Assembly: GCA_030295235.1 (NCBI GenBank)
Contig: AP026153.1
Span: forward strand, 310,001 to 374,000
Direction: 5' to 3'
DNA length: 64,000 nucleotides
Source: Fistulifera solaris
Lineage: Eukaryota
In this document: positions 62,903-64,000 of the stretch, piece after piece
How the letters are laid out: each line of letters opens with the position of its first letter
Position numbering within the stretch: position 1 is the first letter of the stretch
Translations under genes and position numbers: made by a program
Notes under the pieces: model-generated
The model's database searches: none
Told to the model about the DNA's origin: nothing
What the model saw: only the letters and a program-made list of their open reading frames with translations

Positions 62903-63491
62903 TGCTAATTGATGTGAAAAATGATTTTTCGCCGAAAACGAGTCAAAGAAGCAGTTTATGTTGCATTGAAATAGCGCTACAATCCGTCAGTAACGGCGCC
63001 TCGGCCATCATTCGTGACTTCTGTGTCACGAAACTCTTGCTCGTCTGATCGTCATCCGACTTGGTGTCAAGCAAACGGGGAAGTTTTGGCAGCGTCATTT
63101 CGTGGCTGATTTTCTGTCTTCTGTCATCGACGCTCGCGGGGTTCGCACCGCGAGCAAGGGAGGGTGGCGCTTCTACTCCGACACGTCAAAGACACTTCAA
63201 CAATTACCGTGTCTTTCTGTCCCGAATTGGATACCAAACGCACCCCTAATAACGTGCGATAGAAAGCGCAAAAGATTTACTGGTACTGTTTTACTTTATA
63301 GAAAAAGTACAAGTATCCCAAAGAATGTAATCGATAAACATCAACCCGAACTCGTCATTCCTCTGAAAACCGAGATTTTCTCCTTTTCCTTGACACCTTC
63401 ATTCTAGAAACAAACGGATCTGTCTTCGAAGTGACCCCAACATAAAATCTACCGACCCCCATCGGAACCCTAAAACAATAAAGATAACACC

Positions 63492-64000
63492 ATGATCTTG
63501 AATACGGCTGCGCGCTTGATTCTCCTCCAGAGCCGTCAAACGCTCACCAAGGCCGTTGCTGCTCGGTCGGTCGCTTCTTTGGCCGGCTCTTCGTTGCGTT
63601 CTACGGTTCGTACAACCTCGCCGTGCCGTCAACAGTTCGCCTTCAAGTCGACGGCTATGCACCCTGCCGATGATACGGCCGGTCGTGACGCGTATGATAT
63701 CGCCCGCACCGTCGAAGGAACGGATGCTTGCTTGAAGATGGGTTTGAACCGCTTGGGAATCACCGGTCCCACCAAACTCTTCAGCAATCTCACGTATCAA
63801 GAGCTCTTTGACCACGAAGTCGCCAACAAGGAAGGCGTCGTTGCGAAAGCTGAGTATGGTGATACCTTCACTGTCGACACGGGCAAGTTCACCGGCCGTT
63901 CGCCTCTGGATCGCTGGATCGTTCTCAATCCGGGAAGCGAGACGGCCGAACACATGGACTGGAACAAGATCAACCAGCCGACGACTCCCGAAGTCTTCGA
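63492..64000 (+). CDS. PCK: Phosphoenolpyruvate carboxykinase (ATP), 5' part, with mitochondrial-type presequence; runs off the window
   Basis: Open frame from ATG 63492. Arg/Ser/Ala-rich leader, then NLTYQELFDHE...TVDTGKFTGRSPLDRWIV...DWNKINQP. Confidence 0.92.
   Translation, partial: MILNTAARLILLQSRQTLTKAVAARSVASLAGSSLRSTVRTTSPCRQQFAFKSTAMHPADDTAGRDAYDIARTVEGTDACLKMGLNRLGITGPTKLFSNLTYQELFDHEVANKEGVVAKAEYGDTFTVDTGKFTGRSPLDRWIVLNPGSETAEHMDWNKINQPTTPEVF

Noticed and set aside
63399..63953. 184-aa minus-strand ORF
   Set aside because: Antisense shadow of the plus-strand PEPCK frame that runs off the window.

Overview
Gene-dense eukaryotic DNA with short GT-AG introns (about 60-130 nt). It most resembles a raphid pennate diatom; that is inferred from the gene content, the RXL-motif secreted proteins and a diatom-type copia element. 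The housekeeping genes are a P1B heavy-metal ATPase, a WDR5-like WD40 protein, a PPR protein, TAM41, a CRAL-TRIO protein, a K+-dependent membrane pyrophosphatase, a probable TFIIF alpha subunit, a NudC-domain protein, a probable CSN8 and the 5' end of PEPCK. Two accessory blocks stand out. (1) A full-length, minus-strand Ty1/copia element (14556-21089, TSD ATTAT) has no tRNA-type primer-binding site. Its PBS is instead perfectly complementary to a 14-15 nt sequence inside its own LTR, which suggests Tf1-style self-priming. It also carries an extra upstream ORF, a pol frame that runs into the 3' LTR, and a nested 688-bp solo LTR. (2) A 25-kb tandem array holds four roughly 1450-1530 aa secreted proteins: signal peptide, RXL, about 21-22 Cys/Asp-rich TSP3-like repeats, a Pro/Thr linker and a GDPH-VWD domain. 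They are candidate adhesive or extracellular-matrix polymers and show mosaic sequence sharing. Many single-base homopolymer frameshifts in unrelated genes suggest assembly errors rather than pseudogenes.
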